DNA of 64,000 bases. Origin: Candidatus Angelobacter sp. (GTDB lineage Bacteria > Acidobacteriota > Terriglobia > Terriglobales > Acidobacteriaceae). Numbering within the stretch: the stretch's first letter is position 1; every line of letters starts with the position of its first letter. A program made the translations under genes and the position numbers. Of this stretch, positions 63,405 to 64,000 are shown piece by piece. Below the pieces are notes generated by a model. The model had not been told where the DNA came from. It made no database searches and saw only the letters and a program-made list of their open reading frames with translations. The stretch is from the NCBI GenBank assembly GCA_036518395.1, contig DATDNH010000094.1, positions 7,366 to 71,365 on the forward strand, given 5' to 3'.

Positions 63405-64000
63405 GTGAAAATTGCTCATATCCTCCGAATACTTGTGCTTACAGTGGTTTGCTGCGCGTCTTTGCCGGCGCAGAAACCGAAAGCTACGTCGCCGCCACCG
63501 CAAACGCCGCCACAAACTACGCCTGCGCCGGAAGCCAAGGTTACGGAAACGCCGCATGAAATGACGGCGACAGATGTCGAGGCTTTTCTCGACGGATTTC
63601 TCCCCATGCAACTGGAGCGGGAGAACATTGCCGGCGCCGTGGTCTGCGTGGTGAAAGACGGAAAGGTCCTGTTCGCCAAAGGGTATGGCTACTCGGACGT
63701 CGAGAAGAAGAAACCGGTGTCCCCGGAGAACACCCTCTTTCGGCCCGGCTCCATCTCCAAGCTGTTTACCTGGACTGCCATCATGCAACTGGTGCAACAG
63801 GGCAAGCTCGATCTGGACCATGACGTCAACGAATATCTTGACTTCAAAATTCCCGACACCTACCCGCAGCCGATCACGCTGCGGAATGTCCTGACGCATA
63901 CCACAGGATTTGAGGAGACCATCAAACAATTGTTCGTTTCGGAAAAGACGCCGGTTCCGGCGCTCAAAGATTATCTGGTGCAGCACATGCCGAAGCGAAT
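63405..64000 (+). CDS. serine hydrolase / beta-lactamase-family protein, 3' end beyond the window
   Basis: Not in the ORF track because there is no stop. GTG 63405, signal peptide, Pro-rich linker, then KGYGYSD...FRPGSISKLFT (SxxK). Confidence 0.8.
   Translation, partial: MKIAHILRILVLTVVCCASLPAQKPKATSPPPQTPPQTTPAPEAKVTETPHEMTATDVEAFLDGFLPMQLERENIAGAVVCVVKDGKVLFAKGYGYSDVEKKKPVSPENTLFRPGSISKLFTWTAIMQLVQQGKLDLDHDVNEYLDFKIPDTYPQPITLRNVLTHTTGFEETIKQLFVSEKTPVPALKDYLVQHMPKR

Noticed and set aside
1-64000. Search for tRNA, rRNA and tmRNA genes.
   Set aside because: I found no T-loop-like GGTTCGAATCC or GTTCGA contexts with a cloverleaf in intergenic DNA, and no rRNA-like stretches. All spacers are short or repeat-filled.

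Overview
This is a dense 64-kb window with about 59 protein-coding genes. I recognised no rRNA, tRNA, CRISPR array, integrase or transposase. The gene content suggests an Acidobacteriota chromosome (inference): an ADOP-type duplicated permease next to a PadR regulator, a CarboxypepD_reg-type TonB-dependent receptor, and many secreted TPR/FHA proteins.

- **Left end (1-10602):** six co-directional minus-strand genes. They encode two Hanks Ser/Thr kinases (one fused to an MFS transporter domain and absent from the ORF track because it runs off the window; one with BON+TPR), an ABC exporter with three FHA domains, an FHA-TM-coiled-coil protein, and two secreted proteins. I consider this the best candidate for an undescribed system: a phosphothreonine-gated envelope export module.
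- **Middle:** housekeeping genes (coxBAC, pdxST, miaB, truB, rhomboid) plus a folE - 2x animal-type PTPS - membrane GT2 cluster.
- **Right half (37243-55168):** one long minus-strand metal block. It holds copA, a Cys-rich ORF-cusCBA-CDF operon, translationally coupled mosB/mosA-like genes resembling the Azotobacter molybdenum storage protein, an ABC exporter, and modABC with a TOBE-less ModC. No cognate regulator is visible.
- **Intergenic spacers:** many longer spacers carry short tandem arrays with a 7-nt period (TTGCYAA, CTTCTGR, CAACAGG, CTGTAAC, TTSTTGA) or a 10-nt period (CGATCACGSS). Some unit families recur at distant loci, which resembles cyanobacterial STRR repeats.

All family calls come from motif reading by eye. 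No searches were run.
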